From NCBI GenBank assembly GCA_041690135.1, contig JAWLHY010000005.1, positions 128,001 through 192,000 of the forward strand: a stretch of DNA of 64,000 nucleotides, written 5' to 3'. The DNA is from Armatimonadota bacterium. GTDB lineage: Bacteria; Armatimonadota; SYMT01. Positions within the stretch are counted from its first letter, which is position 1. The number at the start of each line of letters is the position of its first letter. The translations under genes were made by a program, and so were the position numbers. The notes under the pieces are model-generated. The model worked only from the letters and a program-made list of their open reading frames with translations, had not been told where the DNA came from and made no database searches. This document shows positions 26,901 through 34,929 of this stretch, in pieces.

Positions 26901-27147
26901 TGCGGAGACCGATCGGATCCGCTGGATATTCCGCCGTTGCCTCGCCCGCGAGCCCTCTGCAGGGGAAGCGGCACGCCTCCAGGCGTATTACCGGTCGCAG
27001 TTGGGCTCTTTCACGGCCGGAGCGGACGATGCCGCCAAAGTGGCTCCGAAGGACCGCCCGGGGGAAACGTCCGCAGCGGAGGCGGCCGCCTGGACCTCCG
27101 TAGCCCGTGTCTTGATGAACCTGGATGAGTTCATTACCCGAGAGTAG
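23941..27147 (+). CDS. PSD1 / planctomycete cytochrome c protein (PSCyt1 + DUF1549 + DUF1553)
   Basis: DF.RDIRPIL..RCYACHG, HWAF.P, NPIDAFV, LIRRLSLDLIGLPPT, FGERWARYWLD.ARYADS.G, CAQCHTHKYDPI, NPLTPRV.VNRIWQ.HFG.G. Confidence 0.95.
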   Translation: MKRSNQLMFGMLGVLVVTGTGLARGTAAPGASPGATPSKAAARQGVSPPHAIDFKRDIRPILVSRCYACHGPKQQQSGLRLDTRMRAFQGGDHGLSIVPGKSAESELIRRVTAADPKLRMPPGPALPAAEIARLKAWIDAGASWPEEGGPGAGAQERVDHWAFRPVMRPPLPKVRQQGWAINPIDAFVLAKLEARGLKPSPPADRVTLIRRLSLDLIGLPPTPEEVDAFVTDTRPGAYERVVDRLLASPHFGERWARYWLDQARYADSNGYTIDSARSIWKYRDWVIEALNRDLPFDQFTIEQLAGDLLPNATQDQIIATGFHRNTLFNEEGGTDREQFRVEAVVDRVGTTGSVFLGLTVGCAQCHTHKYDPITQREYYQLFAFFNNADEPKLELPTPEQAEAQRQLAAEVARAQKALAAFDRELPKHQRAWDERITGGVRNGWKPLVADRVGSTGGATLTRLDDGSVLVGGAIPSHDSYTVRASAPVGPIAAIRLEALTHASIPGSGPGLTPHGNFVLNEFELTVGPEERKVVFSSATADHAQNNFPVTGAIDGDPKTGWGVYAPNAHVDRTAVFTLREPLELTPGTPLTFTLRHLYSGERYSIGRFRLSVAPKVSEGQTPALPARTRQLLAIPTEKRTPMEREELAAEFKRLDPERARLSGVVTNLQAQQKKLAASITSTLVMKERPTPRESYVMIRGDFLRKGPAVEPGVPAFLPPLPHDIEKPNRLHFARWLVSAENPLTPRVTVNRIWQQHFGIGLVETENDFGTQGTPPSHPELLDYLASVFSTHPERTRERETGGKKVANAQPGARLSHSFGDAGLGWSLKQLHRLIVTSAAYRQSSRVRPELQQVDPANRLLARMPRLRLEAESIRDVALAASGLLSRKIGGPSVFPPQPAGLDAFTQSKKNWKASEGEDRYRRGLYTFAWRSSPYAFFATLDAPNGNVTCTRRARSTTPLSALMLANDQALFEMAQGMAVRLLKEGPPAETDRIRWIFRRCLAREPSAGEAARLQAYYRSQLGSFTAGADDAAKVAPKDRPGETSAAEAAAWTSVARVLMNLDEFITRE

Positions 27148-27153
27148 AGAAAA

Positions 27154-28611
27154 ATGAGTGACCACAGCCGGGTTCTGCGGTGTACGCGCCGCCATCTCTT
27201 TGAGCAGTGCGGCGTGGGGGTGGGGGCGATCGCGCTTTCTACGCTTCTGGAACAGGCGGGTTACGCTGCGAACGCAGAAATTACGAAACGAACTCCTGCC
27301 GCAGGCTCGAACACGGGTCGTACGGGTCGTACGCACTTCCCGGCACGGGCGAAGCACGTCATTTACATGCATATGGCGGGCGGGCCTAGCCAGATCGACC
27401 TGTTCGACCCGAAGCCAAAACTCCGCGAATTGAGCGGGCAGGTCGTGCCGCCCTCTTTTACCGAGGGTAAACGTTTCGCGTTTATCAAGGGAGATGCCAA
27501 GCTGCTGGGTAGCAATCGCAGCTTTGCACGCTATGGGCAGTCGGGTGCCACAATCAGCGAGCTCCTTCCCCACCTGGCCGCGATTGCGGATGACATCTGC
27601 ATCGTGAAGAGCATGGCCACGGACGTGTTCAACCATGGACCGGCCAAGCTGTTCATCCAGACGGGTTCGCCACAACCGGGGCGCCCGAGCCTGGGCGCGT
27701 GGCTTTCCTACGGCATCGGCAGCGAGGCCAGCAACCTGCCGGGGTTCGTCGTCTTGCAATCGGGACCGCGCGGGCCCCGCGCCGGGCATGCGCTCTGGAG
27801 CAGTGGCTTTCTCCCCACCAGCCACCAGGGGGTACCCTTCCTGCCGGGGCCGGAGCCGATCGTGAATCTCTCCAACCCGGACGGCTTCGACCGTCGCCGG
27901 CAGGGGGAGTTCTTTGACGCCGTTCGCGATCTCAATGCGGAGAGACTGTCTCTCACCGGCGACCCGGAAATCGCGACCCGCATTGCGGCCTACGAGATCG
28001 CCTACAAGATGCAGGCCAGCGCCCCCGAACTGATGGACCTGTCCCGCGAGCCCAAACACGTACTGGAGATGTACGGCGCCGAACCCGGGAAGCCTTCGTT
28101 CGCCAACAACTGCCTCCTGGCCCGCCGGATGGTGGAGCGCGGGGTCCGTTTCGTGCAGATGTACCACACCGATTGGGACCACCACGGCGGACCCGGCTTC
28201 GACCTGGGCAAGCCCCTGGAGAAGCTCTGCCAGGAAGTGGACCAGGCCTCCGCGGCGCTCGTGCGCGACCTCAAACAGCGCGGCCTACTGGAAGACACTA
28301 TCGTGCTGTGGGGTGGTGAGTTCGGCCGCACGCCGATGGGCGAGAACCGGGACACCACCGGGCGGGACCACCACATCGACGCCTTCACGATGTGGATGGC
28401 GGGCGGCGGGTTCAAAGCCGGCTACGTGCATGGAGAAACGGATGAGATCGGCTATTCGATCGTGCGAGACCGGGTCCATGTCCACGACCTTCAGGCCACG
28501 CTACTCCATCTCCTCGGCCTGGATCACACGAAGCTGACTTACCGTTTCCAGGGTCGCGATTTCCGTCTCACCGACGTGCATGGTGAAGTCGTGCGCCAAC
28601 TCCTGGTGTAG
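27154..28611 (+). CDS. DUF1501 domain protein
   Basis: TRRHLF, AKHVIYMHMAGGPSQIDLFDPKP, CLLARRMVERGVRFVQ, WDHH, GEFGRTP, GRDH. Confidence 0.95.
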   Translation: MSDHSRVLRCTRRHLFEQCGVGVGAIALSTLLEQAGYAANAEITKRTPAAGSNTGRTGRTHFPARAKHVIYMHMAGGPSQIDLFDPKPKLRELSGQVVPPSFTEGKRFAFIKGDAKLLGSNRSFARYGQSGATISELLPHLAAIADDICIVKSMATDVFNHGPAKLFIQTGSPQPGRPSLGAWLSYGIGSEASNLPGFVVLQSGPRGPRAGHALWSSGFLPTSHQGVPFLPGPEPIVNLSNPDGFDRRRQGEFFDAVRDLNAERLSLTGDPEIATRIAAYEIAYKMQASAPELMDLSREPKHVLEMYGAEPGKPSFANNCLLARRMVERGVRFVQMYHTDWDHHGGPGFDLGKPLEKLCQEVDQASAALVRDLKQRGLLEDTIVLWGGEFGRTPMGENRDTTGRDHHIDAFTMWMAGGGFKAGYVHGETDEIGYSIVRDRVHVHDLQATLLHLLGLDHTKLTYRFQGRDFRLTDVHGEVVRQLLV

Positions 28612-28624
28612 GAGCCTTATAACG

Positions 28625-29764
28625 ATGGCGAACTCTGGAGCCAGGTTCTCCTCACGTCGCTCGCGCTCGGGTGGTCGGCGAGCCTGCCTGCTGGTGGCGG
28701 CCGTCGCTATGTGCGTGCTGGCGATCACGGCCACTGCGGGCGGGGACGTCCCTGCCCCTCCGCTCTACCGCGACCACACTCGCCTTGAGAGCTACCTGGA
28801 TGAGAAGGGCGGCGAGCACCCGGTCCGCAGCCGGGCGGATTGGGAGAAGCGCCGGCGCCACATCCTGGCCGGGATGCAAGCGGTGATGGGGCCGCTCCCC
28901 GGTCCCGAGCGGAAGGTCCCGCTGAACGTGGAGGTGCTGGAAGAGTCCGCAACCGATGCGTTTGTGCGGAAGAAGATCCGCTTCTCTCCGGAGAAGGACG
29001 ACCGGGTACCCGCCTACCTGTTTCTCCCGAAAGGCGGCAAGAAGCGAAAGCCGGCCGTGCTCTGTCTCCACCAGACGACCGGAATCGGCAAGGGGGAGCC
29101 GGCCGGGTTGGGCGGGCTGCCGAACCTGCACTACGCCCGGGAACTGGCCGAGCGCGGCTATGTGACGCTGGCGCCGGACTACCCTAACTTTGGCGAGTAC
29201 GCCTTCGATCCGTATGCGCGGGGCTACGCCAGCGGCAGCATGAAGGCGATCTGGAATAACATGCGGGCGATCGACCTGCTCCAGTCGCTGCCGGAAGTCG
29301 ATCAGGAGCGTATCGGGTGTATCGGGCACTCGCTGGGCGGCCACAATACCATGTTCACCGGCGCCTTCGATGCGCGCATCAAAGCCCTGGTATCGAGTTG
29401 CGGCTTTACGGCCTTCGGAGCGTACTACCAGGGAAACCTCACCGGCTGGACCGGGCCCGCTTATATGCCGCGCATCCGGGAAGTCAAGCGGGAGGGTGGC
29501 TGGGCGAAGAACATGCCGTTCGACTTTCACGAGGTGGTGGCAGCCTTTGCCCCGCGGGCCTTTTTCACCAATTCACCGCTCAAGGACGACAACTTCGAGG
29601 TGGGTGGGGTCCGTGAGGTTATGGAGCGAGCGGCGCCGGTCTACCGCTTGTTCGGGGCGGAAGAGAAGCTGGTCGCCGTGTATCCCGATGCGGCGCACGA
29701 CTTCCCCACTCCGCAGCGCCAGGAAGCCTACGCCTTCCTGGATCGTTGGCTACAACGCAAGTAG
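28625..29764 (+). CDS. Alpha/beta hydrolase (dienelactone hydrolase / acetylxylan esterase-like)
   Basis: PAVLCLHQT, ELAERGYVTLAPD, IGCIGHSLGG nucleophile elbow, C-terminal HDF. Confidence 0.85.
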   Translation: MANSGARFSSRRSRSGGRRACLLVAAVAMCVLAITATAGGDVPAPPLYRDHTRLESYLDEKGGEHPVRSRADWEKRRRHILAGMQAVMGPLPGPERKVPLNVEVLEESATDAFVRKKIRFSPEKDDRVPAYLFLPKGGKKRKPAVLCLHQTTGIGKGEPAGLGGLPNLHYARELAERGYVTLAPDYPNFGEYAFDPYARGYASGSMKAIWNNMRAIDLLQSLPEVDQERIGCIGHSLGGHNTMFTGAFDARIKALVSSCGFTAFGAYYQGNLTGWTGPAYMPRIREVKREGGWAKNMPFDFHEVVAAFAPRAFFTNSPLKDDNFEVGGVREVMERAAPVYRLFGAEEKLVAVYPDAAHDFPTPQRQEAYAFLDRWLQRK

Positions 29765-29785
29765 GATCCCCGAGGGGCGCTCAAC

Positions 29786-29829
29786 GCAAAACGACGGCCC
29801 GCACCCGCAGGTCCGAGCCGTCGTTTTGC
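29786..29829. terminator. Putative bidirectional terminator
   Basis: GCAAAACGACGGC...GCCGTCGTTTTGC 13-bp arms between convergent genes. Confidence 0.75.
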
Positions 29830-29851
29830 ATGAAGCGGGATTCCGGCGAAC

Positions 29852-30280
29852 CTACTTCTTGTGCGCCGTGTGGCACCCCTTACATGAGCCGTTGATGACT
29901 GCCAGGCCCTCGCGCGCGCCGGCCGCATCCTTTGCCGCCACCTTGGCCAGCACGGTGGCGGCGCCGTCCTGCAGCGCCTTCGAAGCATCCGCCCAGACCT
30001 TGTCCGGGCAGCGCCCGTCTTCCATCAGCATGTGGCCGGACTCGTTCAGTAGTTCGGCGCTGACGGCAAGAGCTTCCCAGGCCTTGTCGTCAGCCGGGCC
30101 GGAACCCGTGAGGCCCGACCGCAATACTCCCACCTGGGGTCCGATGAATCCGGACATCATCCGCTTGGTGGTGAGGGGACGGGACTTGCCCTTCTTGATC
30201 TGCGCGTCGCCCTGCGTGGCGAGCACCAGGACCCCGGACACGGCCAGCAGCGCGCCGGCGGTAAGTAGCTTGGATCTCAC
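29852..30280 (-). CDS. Cytochrome c'-like (class II four-helix) exported protein
   Basis: GTG start with AGGAG RBS; signal peptide; single C-terminal SCKGCHTAHK. Confidence 0.8.
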   Translation of the reverse strand: MRSKLLTAGALLAVSGVLVLATQGDAQIKKGKSRPLTTKRMMSGFIGPQVGVLRSGLTGSGPADDKAWEALAVSAELLNESGHMLMEDGRCPDKVWADASKALQDGAATVLAKVAAKDAAGAREGLAVINGSCKGCHTAHKK

Positions 30281-30364
30281 GAACAATCTCCTGAACAAAT
30301 GATGACGTGCGGTCGTGGCCGACCAGGATGAAGTTAGCAATCTACCTCGCAGCTTCCTTTTTGT

Positions 30365-31483
30365 TTAGATCAGGGTTTGCAGGAGGGCGACCACGGCTGT
30401 GACCTGGCTCTGAACGTGGGCGGGTTCGATCTCCGGCACCAACTCTTCGAGGGCTTTGATCGCGGTTGCGATCTTGTCCTTGACCGGGTCTTCCTGCGGG
30501 CGCTCGTAGGGAGCATCCGCCGAGCCCCAGAACGGGTTGTCCGGCTCCAGGCCGCGGTCGGCGGCGTTCTCCTCCGCCCGCCGGAGCAACGCCGCGATCT
30601 GGCGCTCCTCGGCCGCGCCCCCACCGTTGCGCGAGATTTCCTCATCCACGGATGCTACGCGGTCGAAAGCCTCGGTGTCACCACCCTTCAACGGGCTCTC
30701 CCACTCGCGCTCCCACGGGCGGCTGCCGCCTTCCCCTTCCGCTACGAACGGGCTCTCCGCCGGACCGGCCTGGGAGGCCGCGGCGGAAGAAGATGCGGAG
30801 GCCGGTTTGGGCCGCGCCTTCGGGTCGCTCAGCAGACGGTTCAGTTCGGCCGTGGGGGTGGCCGGGTCGAGCATCCGGTCGACCAGCAGTTTCAGCTCGG
30901 CGCCCGTGAGCGGGTACGGCTGGCCGTCGTCATCGACCTTGCTGACCACGGCCTCGAGGAGCCGCTCGCGTTGGTCCGCCCCCACGCGGTACAGCGCGCG
31001 GACGTGGGCCGAATTGATCACCTGCACGGGCGTGCCCAGCTTCTCCGAAAGCAACTCGTTGTACTGGTGCTCGCGCAGGGCCAGGGTGACGGCACTGGCG
31101 CTCATCCCCAGCATCTGGGCGACTTCCTCGCGGAGCTTGCCGTAGTTGCGGCATAGGGCCACCGCCAACTGGTTCCGTTCTACCCGGCTTAACGGTTGGC
31201 CGTGGGTGACGTTGGCCAGGCCGGCGACGAGCTTGAGTTGCTCGTCCTCGATTGGCTCCACCTGGGTCAGCACCTCTTCCAGGCCCAGTCGTACGGCCGC
31301 TTCCACGCGATGGTAGCCATCGACCACGACGTTCGTTCCCGCCTGGACCCGGACCGGCGGCAGCGACGTGAACGACTCCATGTAGCGGATTACGGTCTCC
31401 TCGTTCAGGCGCTCGCGCGGGCTGAGCTCCGGAATGAGCACCAGCTCGTTGATCGGAACGGGACGCATCTCACTGACCGACAT
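30365..31483 (-). CDS. ParB/Srx N-terminal domain protein with HTH
   Basis: LPPVRV....VVVDGYHRVEAA..LG; N..HGQPLS..ER; EEVAQMLGMSASAVT HTH. Confidence 0.8.
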   Translation of the reverse strand: MSVSEMRPVPINELVLIPELSPRERLNEETVIRYMESFTSLPPVRVQAGTNVVVDGYHRVEAAVRLGLEEVLTQVEPIEDEQLKLVAGLANVTHGQPLSRVERNQLAVALCRNYGKLREEVAQMLGMSASAVTLALREHQYNELLSEKLGTPVQVINSAHVRALYRVGADQRERLLEAVVSKVDDDGQPYPLTGAELKLLVDRMLDPATPTAELNRLLSDPKARPKPASASSSAAASQAGPAESPFVAEGEGGSRPWEREWESPLKGGDTEAFDRVASVDEEISRNGGGAAEERQIAALLRRAEENAADRGLEPDNPFWGSADAPYERPQEDPVKDKIATAIKALEELVPEIEPAHVQSQVTAVVALLQTLI

Positions 31484-31572
31484 CGTCAGAAAACCTCCTC
31501 AAGAGAACAGACACAAGTCCGATTGTCGGTCGAGGGAACGGCTCCAGCGGAGTCGATCATGCGCACGGTGGC

Positions 31573-32289
31573 TCAAGTCCAGGCGACCAGCGCTTCGAGG
31601 ACTCCGTGGGCATCCTCGGCGGTGGCGTGCGGCTCGATTCCGGCGATCGGCTTGAGATGCGGGTAGCGCCGCATCCAGACAGTCCGGATGTTGAGTGAGC
31701 GGGCGCCGCGGATGTCGCGCTCCAGCGAGTCGCCGATCATCACGGCCTCCTCCGGCGCCGCCCCCACCAGCGAGAGGGCGTGCCGGAAAATGGCGCTGTC
31801 CGGTTTCCAACTCCCGATTTCGCCGGAGACCACGATCCGCTCGAACCAGCGTCCAAGACCCACGGCCTGGATCTTCTCCCGCTGCAGGTCGCCGAGCCCG
31901 TTCGTGACCAGCACGAGCTCGAACCGCTCCGCCAGTTGCGACAGCACTTCGGGAACCTCCGCGTAGAGCTGATACCGCCGGCGTCGCTCGTCGAGGTACA
32001 CGCGCGCCAGGTGCTCTCCCACGGCGGGGTCCAACTCGCAAGAGCGGAGGGTCTCCTCCCAAACGCGCGTGCGGAACATCATCTGGGAATCGAACTGGAG
32101 GGAGCCGTTCTCCATCCGGGTTTCCAGCAGGCGATAGGCGCGCTGGAACGCCGCTTCCAGCCTCGCAGCCGTCCACGTTGGGTGCAGCTCCGCCGCCCGC
32201 CGGCAGGAGAGTCGCAGCGAAGCCTGGTGGGAGAGAAAGGTCTCCAGGAGGGTATCGTCGAGATCGAAGAGGAGGGCGCGGAGGGCCAT
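31573..32289 (-). CDS. HAD family hydrolase (IA)
   Basis: LLFDLDDTL, LVTNG, KPDSAIF, MIGDSLERDIRGA. Confidence 0.95.
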   Translation of the reverse strand: MALRALLFDLDDTLLETFLSHQASLRLSCRRAAELHPTWTAARLEAAFQRAYRLLETRMENGSLQFDSQMMFRTRVWEETLRSCELDPAVGEHLARVYLDERRRRYQLYAEVPEVLSQLAERFELVLVTNGLGDLQREKIQAVGLGRWFERIVVSGEIGSWKPDSAIFRHALSLVGAAPEEAVMIGDSLERDIRGARSLNIRTVWMRRYPHLKPIAGIEPHATAEDAHGVLEALVAWT

Positions 32290-32303
32290 ACTAACACCTA
32301 TCT

Positions 32304-33431
32304 ATGCAGATTACCGAAGTCATCGTCTATCCCCTGGTGCGGGTGAAGCGCCGCTACCCCACCGTCATCTCCATGCAGATCCGGGAGGACGGCATCACCC
32401 CGGTTGAGGAGTCGTTCTTTGTGCTGTTCGAGATCGTCACCGATGCGGGCCTCCGTGGCGTGGGTGAGGTGAGCGATATTCCGGACGACCTGCTGCCGGA
32501 CCTGGGGCAGTTGCAGGAAGACCTCTCCCGCGCGCTGGTCGGTCGCTCTCCCTGGGAGGTTGGACCGATCCTCGACTCCCTTCAGTTTGAAGCACACGAG
32601 AACCGCACATCCGGCACGCGCCTCTACGACTGCGCGGTGGACATGGCACTCCACGACCTCCAGGGGAAGGCGGCGGGCCAACCGATCTATTGCCTGCTGG
32701 GAGGCAAGCGGCGTCCGGACATCGACCTTTCCGCCGTTATCTATATCCGCGATCCGGCGCTGGTGGCGGAGGAAGTGCGGGAGCGACGCGCCCAGGGGTT
32801 TCGCGACTTCAAGCTCAAGATGGGCCTCGGTTTCGACCACGACGAGGCATCGCTGGCGGCGGTACGGGAAGCGGCGGGTCCCGCCGCCCGCATCAAGGTC
32901 GATCCGAACGGTGCCTGGACCGTGGACACGGCCATTCCGTTCTTGAAGCGGATCGAGAAATACGGGGTGGCGGGGGTGGAGACGCCGATCCCGGCCCGCG
33001 ACCTCGAGGGGAAGGTGGCTCTGAAGCGGGAGACCCGGATTCCGATTCTGGAGCACGTAAGCGATCCCGAGTTCGCGCTGGAGTGCGTGCGGCGGGAAGC
33101 CGTGGACGTGTTCAATCTTTCCCTCTGCGGGTGCGGGGGGATTTACCGTGCCCGGAAGGTCGCAGCAATTGCCGATGCGGCCGGCGTGGGTTGCCTCCTG
33201 GGCAGCACGCTGGAGCTGTGGCCGGGGACCGTGGCACAGGCCCATTTTGGGCAGGCCTGTGCCAATCTCACTTACCCCAGCGACCTCGTCGGTCCGCTGA
33301 TGTACCAGAGCGACGTGGTGAAGCCCGGTTGGGGATATCATGACGGCGCGCTCTCCTGTGGCGAGGCTCCGGGCCTGGGTGTGGAGCTGGACTATGGACT
33401 CCTTGCGGGGGGCCAGGGGCCTGGGTTCTGA
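32304..33431 (+). CDS. Mandelate racemase/muconate lactonising enzyme family protein
   Basis: TDAGLRGVGE, AVDMALHDLQGK..GQPIY.LLGG, FKLK, VDPNGAW, VETP, PGLGVELD. Confidence 0.9.
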   Translation: MQITEVIVYPLVRVKRRYPTVISMQIREDGITPVEESFFVLFEIVTDAGLRGVGEVSDIPDDLLPDLGQLQEDLSRALVGRSPWEVGPILDSLQFEAHENRTSGTRLYDCAVDMALHDLQGKAAGQPIYCLLGGKRRPDIDLSAVIYIRDPALVAEEVRERRAQGFRDFKLKMGLGFDHDEASLAAVREAAGPAARIKVDPNGAWTVDTAIPFLKRIEKYGVAGVETPIPARDLEGKVALKRETRIPILEHVSDPEFALECVRREAVDVFNLSLCGCGGIYRARKVAAIADAAGVGCLLGSTLELWPGTVAQAHFGQACANLTYPSDLVGPLMYQSDVVKPGWGYHDGALSCGEAPGLGVELDYGLLAGGQGPGF

Positions 33432-33432
33432 A

Positions 33433-33671
33433 GCCTTCGGCCGATGAGGTTGAGGACTAGGATGAGGATCGGCCTTCGGCCTGTGGAAGGCCGGGGCCAG
33501 TGGGCAGAAGGCAGAAGGCAGGGGGTTATGGGCGGTAGGTAGTTCGACTCTTGTCCTACCTCGGATGCCTGGAGGCCGAACGCTTGAAAGTTTACCCCCC
33601 ACAAGGGAGCCCGAACGCCGAACGCCTGAAGGCCGAACGCCGGAAGCCTGAGTACCTGAATACCTGAATAC
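33433..33671 (+). repeat. Composite short tandem repeat array (6-, 7- and 8-mers)
   Basis: gatgag-gttgag-gactag-gatgag; ggcagaa-ggcagaa-ggcag; ccgaacg-ccgaacg-cctgaag-gccgaacg-ccggaag; cctgagta-cctgaata-cctgaata; gccttcggcc twice. Confidence 0.8.
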
Positions 33672-33672
33672 T

Positions 33673-34266
33673 ATGGATAAAGATCGACTTGCTTTGGAAT
33701 TGCACCGGATCGGCTGCATCCGCTTCGGTGAGTTCATCCTGAAATCGGGGATGAAGTCTCCCATCTACGTAGACCTTCGAGGTCTCGTTTCGCATCCCTC
33801 CGTGCTCCGCCTGGCCGGGGAGGCCTTTGTGGAGGTACTGGGCGGCCTGGAATATGACCGGATTGCGGGTCTTCCCTATGCCGGCCTGCCACTCGCGGTG
33901 GCGGCGTCGCTGGTCGGGGACATTCCGATGGTGTACCCCCGCAAGGAGGCCAAGGAATACGGCACTCGCAAGCGCGTGGAAGGCAACTTCGAGCCCGGAC
34001 AGCGGGTGGTGGCCCTGGACGACGTGATCACCGACGGCGGCGCCAAGCTGGAGCTGGCCGAACCCCTGGAAGCCGAGGGGCTGGTGGTGCGCGACTTTAT
34101 CGTGCTGGTAGACCGCGAGCAGAGCGGGTCGGCGGCGCTGGCGGCGAAAGGCTACCAGCTCCACGCGGTGTTCACCCTGCGGGAGTTGTTGGCCGCGTTG
34201 AAAAACCACGGCGCCATCGACCAGGCCCGCTACGATGAAGTCTCCGCCTACCTGGGTGGTGGTTAG
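33673..34266 (+). CDS. pyrE: Orotate phosphoribosyltransferase
   Basis: [44 protein letters not shown] motif. Confidence 0.95.
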   Translation: MDKDRLALELHRIGCIRFGEFILKSGMKSPIYVDLRGLVSHPSVLRLAGEAFVEVLGGLEYDRIAGLPYAGLPLAVAASLVGDIPMVYPRKEAKEYGTRKRVEGNFEPGQRVVALDDVITDGGAKLELAEPLEAEGLVVRDFIVLVDREQSGSAALAAKGYQLHAVFTLRELLAALKNHGAIDQARYDEVSAYLGGG

Positions 34267-34540
34267 GCTTGTAGTAGGCCTCGGATTGAAACCCATACGG
34301 GCAAGCTCGCGCGGCTGACTGACCGAAGTCCGCACCCCCTCGGGGCGTAAACCCGCGCGGACTCCCCTGCCCCCAGAGGGCGCGACTGTCTGGCGGGGTC
34401 CTCTGGAATGCCGGCTTTGTCCCTCAAATGGTGTGGCAAGTCGCTTTTGTTGCACTTAGTTGCACCTTTTTGCATAACTGGGGCCTGTTTCACTGCGTAG
34501 CGGAGAAGCTCTGCCGCCCCTTCCATCACCCGCTTGGTGG

Positions 34541-34567
34541 GTCCCCGACGCATGCGTCGGGGACTAC
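34541..34567 (-). repeat. GTAG-type REP palindrome
   Basis: Perfect 24-bp palindrome GTCCCCGACGCATGCGTCGGGGAC followed by TAC, i.e. GTAG at the 5' foot on the minus strand. Confidence 0.65.
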
Positions 34568-34929
34568 CTCTCGTGGCGCATTTGCCTTGCGGGTTCGCAT
34601 TCCATCGGCACTGACGGGATGGGCACCTCGGGACCGGAATTCTCCCATGGAGGAGATAGTCCGGAGATAGCGGGTTTAGCCAGCTCGAGACCGGTGCTTG
34701 GTCATTTTTGGCCCAAAGGCTTCTGGCACACCTGGTACTCCGTCTCCTACAGCAGTGGCGTACGCCTGATTGCATGCACCGCGGTCACTGCACGATGGAG
34801 TGGGGGCGCGCATCTGCGCAGTGGCGTATCGGCGTTGCCGGCCCACCTAGATCGGTCCCGGCGCGAGTTGAATGTAACCATTGCGTTCGCGCCTCCGACG
34901 GTTGCCCTAAACATCGCAGCAAAAAAGCC

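Noticed and set aside
27313-27333. 9-bp tandem repeat acgggtcgt in DUF1501
   Set aside because: Short in-frame duplication (TGRTGRT) in the variable post-signal linker; likely neutral.
33433-33671. CRISPR array
   Set aside because: Units are 6-8 bp tandem repeats without unique spacers, and there are no cas genes in the window.
34430-34840. Sigma54 promoters (several TGGCA/TGGCG)
   Set aside because: None has TTGC at the required -12 spacing.
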